From a virus (lineage: Duplodnaviria; Caudoviricetes): a stretch of DNA of 60,979 nt. Positions within the stretch are counted from its first letter, which is position 1. Each line of letters starts with the position of its first letter. The notes under the pieces were generated by a model, which searched no databases, was not told the DNA's origin, and worked only from the letters and a program-made list of their open reading frames with translations. The stretch spans positions 1 through 60,979 of the IMG/VR virus record IMGVR_UViG_3300042301_000931. One strand, written 5' to 3'. The position numbers and the translations under genes were made by a program. Shown here one piece after another: positions 45,301-54,891 of the stretch.

Positions 45301-48300
45301 CTTGCCCAATAGTAGGGTTTTCTGAATTTCCAGCGTTAGAATTAAAATACGTTCCAAAAACATAAGCGGCATTAATATGGCCACTGCCATCGCGCTGAAC
45401 TAACCGGTTTGCTGTAGCATCGGTTGTGGCTCCAACGGTGATCGTGCCGGAGCCTGCTGAGTTTCCAAGGCGCAAGCCTCCTCTCGCTTCAATTGGGCTT
45501 TCGACATACAGACCGGCAGCCTGTCCAGTCTTCGGCAAATACAGACCGTAACTCGCATATTCTGCAACATTGTCTGTTGACTCAGAGCGGATATTTAGCC
45601 GACCGCCAGATAAATAGATGCCGTTGGTAGAATCGCCAAACCGCAGCGTTCCACTTAGCGTACCACCACTCAAAGGCAAAGCATAGGAGCTGTAATTACC
45701 GCTATGCAACAATGTGTACCAAGAGTTCCAAGTTGAATCAATACCGTTGCGGATACTGAGTTTTGGTTGACCTGAAGCGTTAACACCAGTGGTATTAGCA
45801 AAAGCTAATTGATAAGATGAGTCGCCTGTACTAGCGGTTGTACCAGTCCAAGGGCTGTATGTCATGACACCGGCGTAGTTACCTGATCCATTACCAGTGC
45901 CAGCACCAACAAAATCAAAGTTTACAGTTCGCGCAAAGCTATTTGGTAAGCGATCAGAAAGGTCTCGTGGGCCATCGTTGTACTGAATCCGAATAGCGTT
46001 AGTAGCTAAGGAAGCTGTACCGGAAATGTTAATACCCCAAGTACCTGATGCCCCAGAACCACCTAATGATGGGCTGTATGAGGTGTAGTTACCTGCGTGA
46101 AGGACTTGGTTGCCGGACTGCTGTAGCGCAACAGACGAGTTAACTGCACTACCAGAAATGGTCAACCAGTTTGAAGAACTGGAGCTTCTAAAATAATAGC
46201 CAGAAAAATCACCGTACCAACCACCGTTAGTACCGGACTGGTTAAACATGTAGGTATTGCCATAAACATCGTCAGGGCGATATCCTGCATTACCCGCAGC
46301 ATTAAATATGCCGTTGGCTGAGTCGTTAGGAAAGTAGATACTGCCGCTGAGAGTGCCACCGCTCAAAGGCAAATAACTGTGAGTATGAGAAAGTGGCGCA
46401 AATGCGTCATCCATCCATCCGTGGTAATTTGTCCAAAGACGGCCATTACTTGCAAGCAACATACGCCGCTCGGCAGCAGAGTCCCCACCATACATCCAAG
46501 CAAAGGCATAACCACCAATACCAGACGCAAACTCAGTTGTTCCATCAGTACGGAAAACCATCTGACGTGTATTGCCGTATAGCTTTACGTTTGCGTCATC
46601 GTTAGCATCTCGAAGCCACGCATTGTTTACATCGTAAGTATGGTTGTGGCCCGAGGTGGCAGCGTAGCTAGTGTAGTTACCTGCGTGAAGGACTACATTA
46701 CCTTTATACTGAAGGTTGGCTTGCAAAATTTCCAGTAGACGCGTGGTTCCACGTTCAATACTTAACTCAGCATTAGGTGAACTGCCGGAACTGCTAATAG
46801 CAAGACGACTTCCACCAATGCCAAAATTTGCAGTAGTTGGGCCAAGATACCAATCATTACCGCTGCTAGCTTGCCACAACCACATCCAGTTATCGGCAGT
46901 GGTGTTTAACCCAACAGCAGCAGGTATGGCGTTTGTTCCGACTTTGTAAAGCCCGTTACTTACAGTCGCCGCGTTGCCGCTGATCGAAATGCCCCAAGTA
47001 CCTGAAGCGCCTGTACCGGTCAACGGTGCATAAGTACTAGCCGCAGATGCCGTAGTCAAATAAGTACTAGCCGCAGATGCAGGAGTCAAATAAGTACTAG
47101 CCGCAGATGCAGTAGTCAGATAGGGACTCAACGCAGCGCTTGTAATGTATCCGCTTGGGTTGCTGTTGTTGTATGGCGTAAAGCCCAAAGCAGTTGTCAC
47201 CATACCGGATGTGATGCCGGTGATGTAGCCTGACGGATTGCTGCTGTTGTATGGTGTGTAACCCAGAGCGGTTGTGACCTGCGTCGATGTGATGCCAGTT
47301 AAGTAGCCGTTAGGGTTTGTGCTGTTGTATGGTGTGAAGCCCAGAGCTGTCGTGACATCTGACGATGACAACGTGATTGCACCAGTGCGGGTGTTGAAAC
47401 TTGTTACACCGCCGACGATGTTAATCACACCAGTAGCTGAGTCGTATGAGCCTGCACCAGTGACAGAGATCGCACCACGAGCGCCAGCCGCATTGACATA
47501 ACCACTGGGGTTTGTTGCGTTGTAGGGTGTGAAGCCAAGAGCTGTTGTGACGTCGCTGCTGCTGATACCTGTGATATAGCCGCTAGGGTTCGTAGCGTTG
47601 TAGGGTGTGAAGCCCAACGCAGTGGTGACGTTGCCGCTTGTCAGCGCTTGCCATGATGTAGCCGTGCCGTCAGTCCGCAGGAATTTACCAGCGTTGCTTG
47701 TCTGTGAGGGCAAGAAGCTGGCTTTAACTGCAGCAGAAACTGTGCGCAGCGTATCAACGTGGATGTACTGTGGATGGTCGTCATCAGACAAACCAGTTAA
47801 GTTGCCGTGGTCACTAACGATAGACGCAGCTGTACCTGCCGCTGCAATAGAGCGGATGTCCGTAATAGACACGAGACTCGCGTGGACTGCGTTGGTGCAG
47901 CTATCAGCGCACTGGAATACCAGCTTGTACAGCGGACGGAACTCAACCGACGGGAAACCGGGAAGTTGCAATTCGGTGAAATCAACCGCTTCAGCAGCGC
48001 TTTGCAGATCACTCTCAGCTTGACCGATGATGGCAATGACTGGGTAAGTCAGGTTATTCGTCGCCAGAACCCAAGTGGTCGAGTACTTGTTGTTTGCAAC
48101 ATCGGCTGTTGACCATACGCCACCAGAGTAGGCGTTGTACTGTGGGCGTGCTGTACCTTGCTTGAGTGGGTAGTCGGTCGGTGAATCCATCACCCATGCG
48201 GTGCCCTGTAAGTGCAACACCGGAATGCGAGCTGGGCTTGTGAGGTCTTGTTCCCACGTACCGGCTGTCGGGGTATTCGTCGCAGTGACGATGATCTTCA

Positions 48301-48871
48301 TGTCTTCGTCGAAGAATGTACCGCCTTCGATTGTCAACTGCGCGTGTGAGTTTGAACTGCCGTTACCGCCTAGGACGTAGCCGCTTGCGCTGAAACCACT
48401 GGCCAAGGCCGCGCCGCGCGTGCGGTGCAGGTACTCATGGGTCTGCCAGTCTAGAACAACGCCGTGGCGCTCATCACCAAAGTAAGGAGCTGTACCAGTT
48501 GTAGCGTTCCAGTAAATATAAGCTGTTGGCGCTTCATCAGAAAACGTAAAGTACCCGATCTTGGAAGACAGGGTTCCATTCGCATCGTAGTAAATCGAGT
48601 GCATCCCCGTTGTGTTGGGGATAACAAGCGTCTGCGCTGAGCTGACAACAACCTTTTTGCCTTTGCACCAGACAGTGAAGCTGCTGGCGGTTGGCGCGAT
48701 TGTGAACGTGCGCGTAGAAGCGTTGAAGCTTATGGTCGATGTTGTCCTATCCTCATGCCCCATTGGCTCCCCGGTAACACCGGAGACTTCCGCAAGGTTC
48801 GTGAAGTTAGCGTCGACTTCTGCGTTTGTAAGAGGCGAGCCCTTACCTAGCCGCGTGACTATATCAACCAT
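42332..48871 (-). CDS. Long modular tail fibre with a C-terminal peptidase S74 intramolecular chaperone
   Basis: 2179 aa; VTTALGFTPYN repeats; LHAGNY linkers; YSDERLK...GVSAQ...VSYG plus coiled coil. Confidence 0.88.
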   Translation of the reverse strand: MVDIVTRLGKGSPLTNAEVDANFTNLAEVSGVTGEPMGHEDRTTSTISFNASTRTFTIAPTASSFTVWCKGKKVVVSSAQTLVIPNTTGMHSIYYDANGTLSSKIGYFTFSDEAPTAYIYWNATTGTAPYFGDERHGVVLDWQTHEYLHRTRGAALASGFSASGYVLGGNGSSNSHAQLTIEGGTFFDEDMKIIVTATNTPTAGTWEQDLTSPARIPVLHLQGTAWVMDSPTDYPLKQGTARPQYNAYSGGVWSTADVANNKYSTTWVLATNNLTYPVIAIIGQAESDLQSAAEAVDFTELQLPGFPSVEFRPLYKLVFQCADSCTNAVHASLVSITDIRSIAAAGTAASIVSDHGNLTGLSDDDHPQYIHVDTLRTVSAAVKASFLPSQTSNAGKFLRTDGTATSWQALTSGNVTTALGFTPYNATNPSGYITGISSSDVTTALGFTPYNATNPSGYVNAAGARGAISVTGAGSYDSATGVINIVGGVTSFNTRTGAITLSSSDVTTALGFTPYNSTNPNGYLTGITSTQVTTALGYTPYNSSNPSGYITGITSGMVTTALGFTPYNNSNPSGYITSAALSPYLTTASAASTYLTPASAASTYLTTASAASTYAPLTGTGASGTWGISISGNAATVSNGLYKVGTNAIPAAVGLNTTADNWMWLWQASSGNDWYLGPTTANFGIGGSRLAISSSGSSPNAELSIERGTTRLLEILQANLQYKGNVVLHAGNYTSYAATSGHNHTYDVNNAWLRDANDDANVKLYGNTRQMVFRTDGTTEFASGIGGYAFAWMYGGDSAAERRMLLASNGRLWTNYHGWMDDAFAPLSHTHSYLPLSGGTLSGSIYFPNDSANGIFNAAGNAGYRPDDVYGNTYMFNQSGTNGGWYGDFSGYYFRSSSSSNWLTISGSAVNSSVALQQSGNQVLHAGNYTSYSPSLGGSGASGTWGINISGTASLATNAIRIQYNDGPRDLSDRLPNSFARTVNFDFVGAGTGNGSGNYAGVMTYSPWTGTTASTGDSSYQLAFANTTGVNASGQPKLSIRNGIDSTWNSWYTLLHSGNYSSYALPLSGGTLSGTLRFGDSTNGIYLSGGRLNIRSESTDNVAEYASYGLYLPKTGQAAGLYVESPIEARGGLRLGNSAGSGTITVGATTDATANRLVQRDGSGHINAAYVFGTYFNSNAGNSENPTIGQVWTQSTGDNYLRKSTPAHFISQLGLLTTSNYSSYALPLSGGTVSGNVSFGGAVNVNNRDIRYFENDSFKEFYVGGDANTYYPVLFGVSSWFHFARWSISRGYSDTAPWDPIGTGAHKGGLTLTWEWSGDGAWGGNDKTIRVIQFAEQYTTMVGGMHLSVNGFIVWLRGGNAYYRFHGPGGTMNSATPYYSTFTASNGGTFSPRSYDSGTVTAEVTNRMPVRGSHELYDTGNRVLHAGNYSSYALPISGGVVSGAVRASQITAGGSTNTDANLGVQGTTHLTGTIYYGGSVGNTSSWSSISNSSAGTHTFSGSRFIFDRYGYGSQSLLDLQNGAITLSQPTTISTGGGYPLQNLSTQRYIARFYNTSASGAGWWLANDSNTLVFHADSSGDKASINTDGTFSAANHVGSKFIAAYGNISDNVDGSPWYGLGNAGNLLGTGGNVVQLAGYFGLRLRSSTTVLDIGPDRATLNKTLNANGAAIRQGNNLARPLATWGSTGATGMVIFKLPGSSGNYGMVHMVFDIYEYNGNSVSTVIVGGHNWASSWYNTGANVVGQLGKQVRLGYKDGQYCVVFGDSGSYWEYGTIVLRKIHNGDYYNNIMDLGADVSVQFTATESFSNIGGDLRALRTPSSFNAGGAITQAGNQVLHAGNYTSYSPSLGGSGASGTWGISVSGSAAQLQGYQWFSAGKDIRGSDIYADSWLRNYNVNTGLYNQSTGCHFYSNGSASWGITGSGAGIELQFRANHQSTVRGYVYADSSSNFGLLHNGGGWSVQVYNGGNGYLHGTWNGGNIRANRANGNFYIDDNYGYGVVGVYSSYRYQGVFAMGDSYKLPADGTTTGSLYGMAWSHPNAGGAAGNLTDHGLLIINNGAFKCAISNSIVASSNITAYSDERLKTNWRDMPEDYVARLAQVKVGIYDRIDEEDVTQVGVSAQSFQKLLPQAIMTAKDEMQTLSVSYGNAALASAVELAKDNVELRARIERLESLINKLIGD
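47030..47119. repeat. 3 x 30-bp tandem repeat in the tail fibre (YLT[T/P]ASAAST)
   Basis: ATAAGTACTAGCCGCAGATGC recurs at a 30-bp period. Confidence 0.9.
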
Positions 48872-48887
48872 ACACCACTACTCCTTA

Positions 48888-49325
48888 TTAGCTGACTGTG
48901 ATCGCCCAAGTGATGCTCATCGCATCGTCAGCACCTTTGTTAACCACAGCAAAAACAGTACGGCACAACATTGTGCCAGCAGAAGCGTCGTTGAAAACAC
49001 CGGCTTCGACAACAGCGCCTGTACCAGTGCCGGGAGGGAAAGTCGCAACATAAGTCACAACAGCGCCAGAAGAACTCGAAGAGTTCAAAGCAACGCGGCC
49101 CAAGGAAGCACCTAAAGTAGTGTCAGCCGTAGAAGCTGCGGTGCTGCTAGAACCGACCGCCATGTGGCTCATTGTCGTTGGCGTACCGACAATACGCGAA
49201 GCGATGAAAGTTTTACCAGTTGCCACAACAAGGTTTTTAATCTCGCGGCGGTCTTTAATCTGGCCGTCTGCACCAGTTATTTCGACGACTACGTCGCCAG
49301 TGATTTTGAGTTGGTCGTTTAACAT
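48888..49325 (-). CDS. Virion structural protein
   Basis: NLVV..G...MAVG...EAGVF...ITWAIT beta-rich; AGGAG RBS. Confidence 0.7.
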   Translation of the reverse strand: MLNDQLKITGDVVVEITGADGQIKDRREIKNLVVATGKTFIASRIVGTPTTMSHMAVGSSSTAASTADTTLGASLGRVALNSSSSSGAVVTYVATFPPGTGTGAVVEAGVFNDASAGTMLCRTVFAVVNKGADDAMSITWAITVS

Positions 49326-49333
49326 GGAGGCTC

Positions 49334-50512
49334 CTATGAAAATGTGCGGGATAAACCGACGTAGTCTTCTGCGAAGTATGACATATCACAGTAGTTTTGG
49401 GAAGACAAAATACCATAGCTCACCAAAGATACCGTGTCGGTTTTCGCGAGGCTGTTGGACAAGACTTTCGCGTCGGAGACAAAAGCCAAGTTATTGACAT
49501 ACTTAACGGTCTGATAGGTAATGCCATCTGCCAAATCAGCAAAGTCGTTCATGGCAAAACCGTCGCTAATGACTCTACCAATTACCTTGCTGTGGGTATC
49601 CGTCGCAGTAACTGAATGCGCCAAAGCCTTGTCAGCACTCATAGCCGTCGAGTCGACGTGACTAAAAGTGTCTGTCAATCGACTGTTTACAACTTTAGCT
49701 AAGCTATGCGTGAACGAAAAAGAATCGGCACTGACTTTAGTCAGGTGCGTAGTTGCAAAGTCATTGCTACCAAAAGAGCTCGCTATAGGCCGAGTAAACG
49801 CATAGGATTTAGTGTCGGTCGTTATGAGGGTGTTTGCGAGGGCCTTACTGGTGTTTCTTAGCGCAGCATCGGTCTGGCTAAAACTGTCAGACAACCCTTT
49901 ATTTGGAACTTTTAATACGCCATCGGAAGTCGCAACAGAGTCAAAATTGGCTTTGTCTAAGGCAGTAGTTGTGGAGTCAATACTGCCAAAAGAGCTAGAA
50001 AGGCGTTTTTGAGATGCTAACGCCGTGGCGTCAGTTGTACCAAATGCACTAGCTAGAGGACGGTTTAGGGTATATCTCAACGCCTCGGTTGGCGTAGTTG
50101 TGTCGTAAAAACGACGAATGTATTCCAGCGTACGGATGATGAAGTCTGGCGTGGAAATACTATCATGCTTGACCAACTCGCTTGACTTGATTGCGTAATC
50201 AGTCTGCTCAAACGTATCAGTAAGGGTTTTTCCTACTACACGGAATGTAGCGTCCGTAACAAAGACTTCATCGGGGAAGTACTGGAAGCGACCAGACGTA
50301 TCAAGATACGCCCCAGTAGCCATAAAGATGTAGTACAGATTCGCAACAGGCACAACCGCAGTAACAACTGCGTTAGCGATCGATACAGAGCTTGCAGCGG
50401 CTAAAAGGGCAGCCGAAGTCTCGGCTACCGGCGCTACGATGAAGACGCTTGCCCTTGCCCTAGTTACAGCCGTCGAAGCTGTAAGAGCTGTTCTGACAAC
50501 CGTCACGCCCAT
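49334..50512 (-). CDS. Virion structural protein with ~23-aa K..SDSF..TD repeats
   Basis: Ser/Thr-rich repeats; structural operon. Confidence 0.65.
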   Translation of the reverse strand: MGVTVVRTALTASTAVTRARASVFIVAPVAETSAALLAAASSVSIANAVVTAVVPVANLYYIFMATGAYLDTSGRFQYFPDEVFVTDATFRVVGKTLTDTFEQTDYAIKSSELVKHDSISTPDFIIRTLEYIRRFYDTTTPTEALRYTLNRPLASAFGTTDATALASQKRLSSSFGSIDSTTTALDKANFDSVATSDGVLKVPNKGLSDSFSQTDAALRNTSKALANTLITTDTKSYAFTRPIASSFGSNDFATTHLTKVSADSFSFTHSLAKVVNSRLTDTFSHVDSTAMSADKALAHSVTATDTHSKVIGRVISDGFAMNDFADLADGITYQTVKYVNNLAFVSDAKVLSNSLAKTDTVSLVSYGILSSQNYCDMSYFAEDYVGLSRTFS

Positions 50513-50844
50513 TAGAAGTCCTCACGGAGCTTGAACTTGAGCAGGTCGTAAACTGTTTGAACTGTAGTGTCAGAAAAAGTAATCTGAATCTCGCCTTCGT
50601 AGTCGCCAGCTTCACCAGCGAGCATCTCAGGAGCGGAAGCGGGGTAGAAAGCCACTTGGCCGTTAGGGCCGTCAGTAACCGTACCAGTAACAGTTGCAGT
50701 CAGTTCGGTGGCACCAGCTGCACGAAATTTAAGCAACACAGTAGCGCCTGACAAAGCAATAGGGTTGCCGGTCATCTCATCCGTAATGTTACAGATCAAG
50801 GCTGGCTTGGTATCCCCTTGAACCAGTTTAATTTTCTCGGCCAT
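50512..50844 (-). CDS. BppU-like N-terminal domain structural protein
   Basis: IKLVQGDTKP...GDYEGEIQITF. Confidence 0.65.
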   Translation of the reverse strand: MAEKIKLVQGDTKPALICNITDEMTGNPIALSGATVLLKFRAAGATELTATVTGTVTDGPNGQVAFYPASAPEMLAGEAGDYEGEIQITFSDTTVQTVYDLLKFKLREDF

Positions 50845-50852
50845 GATTTACC

Positions 50853-51512
50853 TCAGACTTTAGGCGCAACGCCTGTTGTACCGGCCATTTCAGTGGTCAG
50901 AGCGGCTTGGAAAGCGGCATAGTGAGCCTGCGCACGCTGAGCGTTACCGGCATACTCGCTGTCCTTGGTGTAGGCGCGATATAAGATGTAGTCGGCCAGC
51001 ACGTTGCCGTAGATGTCAGGCAAGCTGATATTACCGGACACAGCGCTGTACAAAGCGCCGTCAGCGGGCTCTGTGATGTCTGTTGGATAGGCAGAGTACA
51101 CCACCTCCACAGAAGCGCCTGAAGCGGCTGCTGGTGGGTATACATAGAACACTTTGGGATCGCGAGGATCGTACATGTAGTGCAGAATCTCGGTAACGCC
51201 TGCAAGGTTGTACCAGTTAGGGCTCTGTGTGTCCAAGATGTTGCGAACGGTCATGCGGACAGAACGCTTCGTGCCAGCCGTATTTCGGATCACATCGATC
51301 AGTTTAGAACCGTTGGTAGGCAATGCTTGCTTAGCGCCGCTAGCCAAAGTAATCGTGGCGTTGGTCACCATGGAGTCGGGGCGGTACAAGACCACTTCAC
51401 GCTGGCCGTCGTTCAGGTAACGAACAAGCTCAGCCACAGGCCAACGAACGGACGTGTTGTCCTGCATTGTCTCAACGACACGGCGGATGATTGATTGGGC
51501 TGCAATGGTCAT
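50853..51512 (-). CDS. Head-tail adaptor/tail tubular protein
   Basis: RW...ELVRYLNDGQ...YRAYTKD; follows the capsid gene. Confidence 0.7.
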   Translation of the reverse strand: MTIAAQSIIRRVVETMQDNTSVRWPVAELVRYLNDGQREVVLYRPDSMVTNATITLASGAKQALPTNGSKLIDVIRNTAGTKRSVRMTVRNILDTQSPNWYNLAGVTEILHYMYDPRDPKVFYVYPPAAASGASVEVVYSAYPTDITEPADGALYSAVSGNISLPDIYGNVLADYILYRAYTKDSEYAGNAQRAQAHYAAFQAALTTEMAGTTGVAPKV

Positions 51513-51520
51513 GATTTACC

Positions 51521-52153
51521 TCAAGCAAAAGGGCGGGCACGAACGCGCATCGAACCACGGATCGAGCCGTAGTTTCCATCGATGCGAGCACTATTGGTTT
51601 GTCTGGCTGCGGAGTCAAGCAAATACTTGGCCTGCGCAAAGTTTGTAAAGGGTTGATCGGGAATCTGCATCGCACGGGCGATGGCCATCGAAGTGACAGC
51701 ATCAGACCACATGTTAAACAGATCATCATCCAACTGCGTAGCGGTCATCGCTGGACGCAAATTGACATTCACTACAACAGTGTAGCGACCGTCTGGAGGG
51801 GGCGACAGCTTAAGCGTCAGAACATTGTCTGTGCGGTCTGTGTAGAAGCCGCGGGGTTTAGCATTAGCTGTCGGCAAGTCGTTGCGAATCGCTTCGAACA
51901 AACCGGGGGCCAACTCTTTGCCATCTACAGCAACGCTCATCACACGATCAATGTCGTGGTTTGCTGTAGGCGGGTCTAAGTCGTATTGAGAAATACCAAC
52001 AACAGTCCTGAACGAGTCAAGATTTTGGCGCAGCGCGAGCGAACTTTCGCAGAAGTCAATGGCTGCGCTGACCAAAACTTGATCGACCAAGGGCTCCGAG
52101 CAGCCGGGTAGATACGGCAGAATTCTTGAATAAAAGACGCTCAGAGGTTTCAT
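51521..52153 (-). CDS. Head-tail adaptor-like protein
   Basis: PYLPGC...AAIDFC; structural context. Confidence 0.65.
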   Translation of the reverse strand: MKPLSVFYSRILPYLPGCSEPLVDQVLVSAAIDFCESSLALRQNLDSFRTVVGISQYDLDPPTANHDIDRVMSVAVDGKELAPGLFEAIRNDLPTANAKPRGFYTDRTDNVLTLKLSPPPDGRYTVVVNVNLRPAMTATQLDDDLFNMWSDAVTSMAIARAMQIPDQPFTNFAQAKYLLDSAARQTNSARIDGNYGSIRGSMRVRARPFA

Positions 52154-52161
52154 GATGTACC

Positions 52162-52434
52162 TTATTCGGCAGCAGCTTGAGTAAGCCCAACGACTGGCTC
52201 ACTAACAATTTCAACAGATTCTACCAGTTGTGCTTTTGTTTTGCGAGTTTTTGTTGCAGCTTCAGCCGCGGCCAAATTGGAGTGTTCGTTGGTCAGCAAG
52301 ACGCCGCGATCCGTCAGAACCCATTCTGTGTCCTCGAGGCGAGCAACAATAATGATCTCACCTTCAATGTAAACACGGATTTTGTTGTTCAGGATTTCGC
52401 CACCAAGACGTTCCATCAGTTCAAGAGCAGTCAT
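52162..52434 (-). CDS. Hypothetical protein
   Basis: GGAG RBS. Confidence 0.65.
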   Translation of the reverse strand: MTALELMERLGGEILNNKIRVYIEGEIIIVARLEDTEWVLTDRGVLLTNEHSNLAAAEAATKTRKTKAQLVESVEIVSEPVVGLTQAAAE

Positions 52435-52454
52435 ATTTTCTCCAAGGTTTAAAC

Positions 52455-52476
52455 AAAAAAGGGGCCCGAAGGCCCC
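52455..52476 (-). terminator. Intrinsic terminator after the major capsid gene
   Basis: GGGGCC-TTCG-GGCCCC-TTTTTT on the minus strand. Confidence 0.9.
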
Positions 52477-52491
52477 CTCTTTATACCACTA

Positions 52492-53499
52492 TCAGGTGGC
52501 TGAGCCAACCACGGCAGTAACCATGGCTTCTGGCTTGACAACCTTGCGGCCATACACAGCCAAACCGCGGACGATGTCGCCGAAGTCTGTCTGGTTACGC
52601 AGGGGTTCTGTCTTGTTGATGGTCATCGCGAAGGAAGTGGCGTGCTTAGTGCCAGCAACCATCAAACGACGAGCCTTGGCGTTGGTAACTGCACCGCCAG
52701 TGGAGGTAGCAGACAAACCAGCAACCAATGCCTTACCAGCTTCGCCGCGTGGCAGCAAGTTGGAAACATAGACGCTGAAGCGATCCAACATACCGATCTT
52801 GCCGGTACGGATGGTGCTTGACTGGTCGCCAGTGAAGTACGCCTGAGCGATGTTAGATTGCATCAACAGGTGACGGTCGAATGGGCTGATAACCAAGAAA
52901 CGGCCATCTTCAGGAACGTTCTGCTCGTCCAAAACTGTAGACATGCGAAGGATGGCCTTCAACACGTTTTCAGGAGTGGCTTGATCGATAGGAGCGACGT
53001 CTGTACCCAAGTTGTAGGCAGCAGAAATCTTACCGGCAGTAGCGCCTTCGTTCTGAGCAGCAGGGCCTTCAGTCACGAAGCTGTTGAAGAACACTTCGTT
53101 TTCGATGGCGATTTTCAACTGCTTAGCAGCGTCTTCTGTGAACATGTTCATCAAGTTCATGTCGGACTGATAGGCCAACACGTCATTGACTTGCACGCCG
53201 AAGTACTTACCCTTGTTCACTTGCATATCTTGGAAGATAGGAGTGGGGACTTCGTACGACAGAGTCTGACCAACGGTGTAGTCAGAAATGCTGATAGAAG
53301 GAGCCAAACGGATACGGACGGTATCGCCTTGGTTCTTCAATTCGCCTTCGTAGTCAGTGTTAGTGACTTCAGACAACATGGTGTTCTGGTAGAACTTAGC
53401 CAAGAGTTTGCCTGACCACAGCGTGGGGATAAAGGCACCGGAATAAGAAGGGTTGGTGTCAAATGCACCAGAGCCCGTGACAGGATAAACAGCAGCCAT
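52492..53499 (-). CDS. Major capsid protein
   Basis: FIPTLWSGKLL...NTDYEGE...GDTVRI...NVPEDGRF...FGDIVRGL.VYG; AGGAGG RBS; follows the scaffold. Confidence 0.88.
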   Translation of the reverse strand: MAAVYPVTGSGAFDTNPSYSGAFIPTLWSGKLLAKFYQNTMLSEVTNTDYEGELKNQGDTVRIRLAPSISISDYTVGQTLSYEVPTPIFQDMQVNKGKYFGVQVNDVLAYQSDMNLMNMFTEDAAKQLKIAIENEVFFNSFVTEGPAAQNEGATAGKISAAYNLGTDVAPIDQATPENVLKAILRMSTVLDEQNVPEDGRFLVISPFDRHLLMQSNIAQAYFTGDQSSTIRTGKIGMLDRFSVYVSNLLPRGEAGKALVAGLSATSTGGAVTNAKARRLMVAGTKHATSFAMTINKTEPLRNQTDFGDIVRGLAVYGRKVVKPEAMVTAVVGSAT

Positions 53500-53549
53500 T
53501 TTGGCCTCCTAAATAAAAAACAGGTTGGGTAAATGCTGCATGCAGGGAG

Positions 53550-54515
53550 TTACGCTCGAACGCGTCCTTCTCTGTAAGCCGCATCAATTTCAGCTTCAAG
53601 TTTCATTGCGTCATCGCGCTGGCCCCTCGAACTCAGTTCAACAGACTTCTGGAACATTTTCTGGATTTGTGCGTCCGTATATGTTTTAGCCTGCTGTGAA
53701 ACTGGTGCGTTGGTCGCAGAACGTTTCGGCTGGATTTGTTTTTCAAGCTCAGCGGCTTTATCGCTTGGTTGCTCCACAGGGGCGACGCTCGCTTTGAACA
53801 TCCCAATGTAGTGTGCAACGGCTTCGGCATCGCCAGTGTTGAACGCTTCTTGTGCAACAGATTTTCTCGGTGCTCGGAGCAGAGGGTCAACCTCGTTCAA
53901 CCAGTTAATCCAACGTTCGTCGGTGTTAACTGTCTGAAAGTCTGGTACCAAACGGTACAGACGTTGCTCGAAGGATGCCTCTGATACTTGAGAGCCGGTT
54001 GTATTGAGTTGCTCGCGCAACTTTTCATTTTCGGCTTTCATAGCGTCGAGTTCACCTCGAAACTCTGCTGCCACTTCGCGGGCAACCTTGCGTTGGACTT
54101 CGATCAAGTCCTCACCAAATGCTTGAACATCAGCATCCGTAACCAATTTAGTCGGTTGAGCGGCGGGTTTCGTCTCTGGTTTTGGAGCTTCGGCGGCCTT
54201 CTGGAGTTTCTCCATCTGGGAGCGTAATTCTCTTACGTCAGAGTGCAAACGAGGCACTTCAGCGTCGTACATACCCTTGAGGGTCTTGTATTTCTGCTGC
54301 CATGTCTCTTCCGGCACTTCCGGTTCAACTGGCTTTTCTGGCTTAACTTCTGGCTGTGGAGCAACCGGCTCAACGTTCTGGGTAGGTTCTGCGGGCTCTG
54401 CGGGCTGTGGGGCAGGGTCTTCAGGGGTTGCCTGTGGATTCTGCTGTGCAGCTAGCTGCTTTTCGATCTCTTCCAGCTCTTTCAACTGGGCTTCAACTTG
54501 CCTTGGTAACGCCAT
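53550..54515 (-). CDS. Capsid scaffolding protein
   Basis: E/Q/P-rich coiled coil upstream of the capsid gene; WQQKYKTLKGMY. Confidence 0.75.
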   Translation of the reverse strand: MALPRQVEAQLKELEEIEKQLAAQQNPQATPEDPAPQPAEPAEPTQNVEPVAPQPEVKPEKPVEPEVPEETWQQKYKTLKGMYDAEVPRLHSDVRELRSQMEKLQKAAEAPKPETKPAAQPTKLVTDADVQAFGEDLIEVQRKVAREVAAEFRGELDAMKAENEKLREQLNTTGSQVSEASFEQRLYRLVPDFQTVNTDERWINWLNEVDPLLRAPRKSVAQEAFNTGDAEAVAHYIGMFKASVAPVEQPSDKAAELEKQIQPKRSATNAPVSQQAKTYTDAQIQKMFQKSVELSSRGQRDDAMKLEAEIDAAYREGRVRA

Positions 54516-54604
54516 CAATATCTCCTAAAAGCTCCAACTCTGCTTAGGGCTCCTACTTCGGTCTGCCTGCCACATAATGGTTTGCTAGGACTACAAAATT
54601 CGGG

Positions 54605-54847
54605 TCATTTGACCCGGTCGAAAATCTCGGACGATCTCTCAACCGCCTCGAGAAAATCTGTTAAAACCTCAGCCCGACCCTGCAAACGGTGCAATTTGAC
54701 TAGATCGTCTGCGACGACGAGGGAGTTTTTGGTCTCCTCTAGCTTCTTGCGGAACAAGTCCAGCAAGGCTCCGTTTTCGTCCAGCTTGCAGCGCTGTAGC
54801 GCAAACATGTGCTGGCGGTCAGGCTTTTGGCCTACAAAAATTTTCAT
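54605..54847 (-). CDS. Small head-associated protein
   Basis: Between portal and scaffold; LHRLQGRA. Confidence 0.7.
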   Translation of the reverse strand: MKIFVGQKPDRQHMFALQRCKLDENGALLDLFRKKLEETKNSLVVADDLVKLHRLQGRAEVLTDFLEAVERSSEIFDRVK

Positions 54848-54855
54848 ATGTCGTA

Positions 54856-54884
54856 TTTATACCACTGACTATTTGACCAGTCAA
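54856..54884 (-). promoter_or_regulatory. Sigma70-type promoter upstream of the head genes
   Basis: TTGACT-17 bp-TATAAA with TG extension on the minus strand. Confidence 0.6.
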
Positions 54885-54891
54885 CAGTCTT

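Noticed and set aside
32238-48871. Diversity-generating retroelement or invertible tail-fibre switch
   Set aside because: No reverse transcriptase, invertase or adenine-specific template/variable repeat pair was seen
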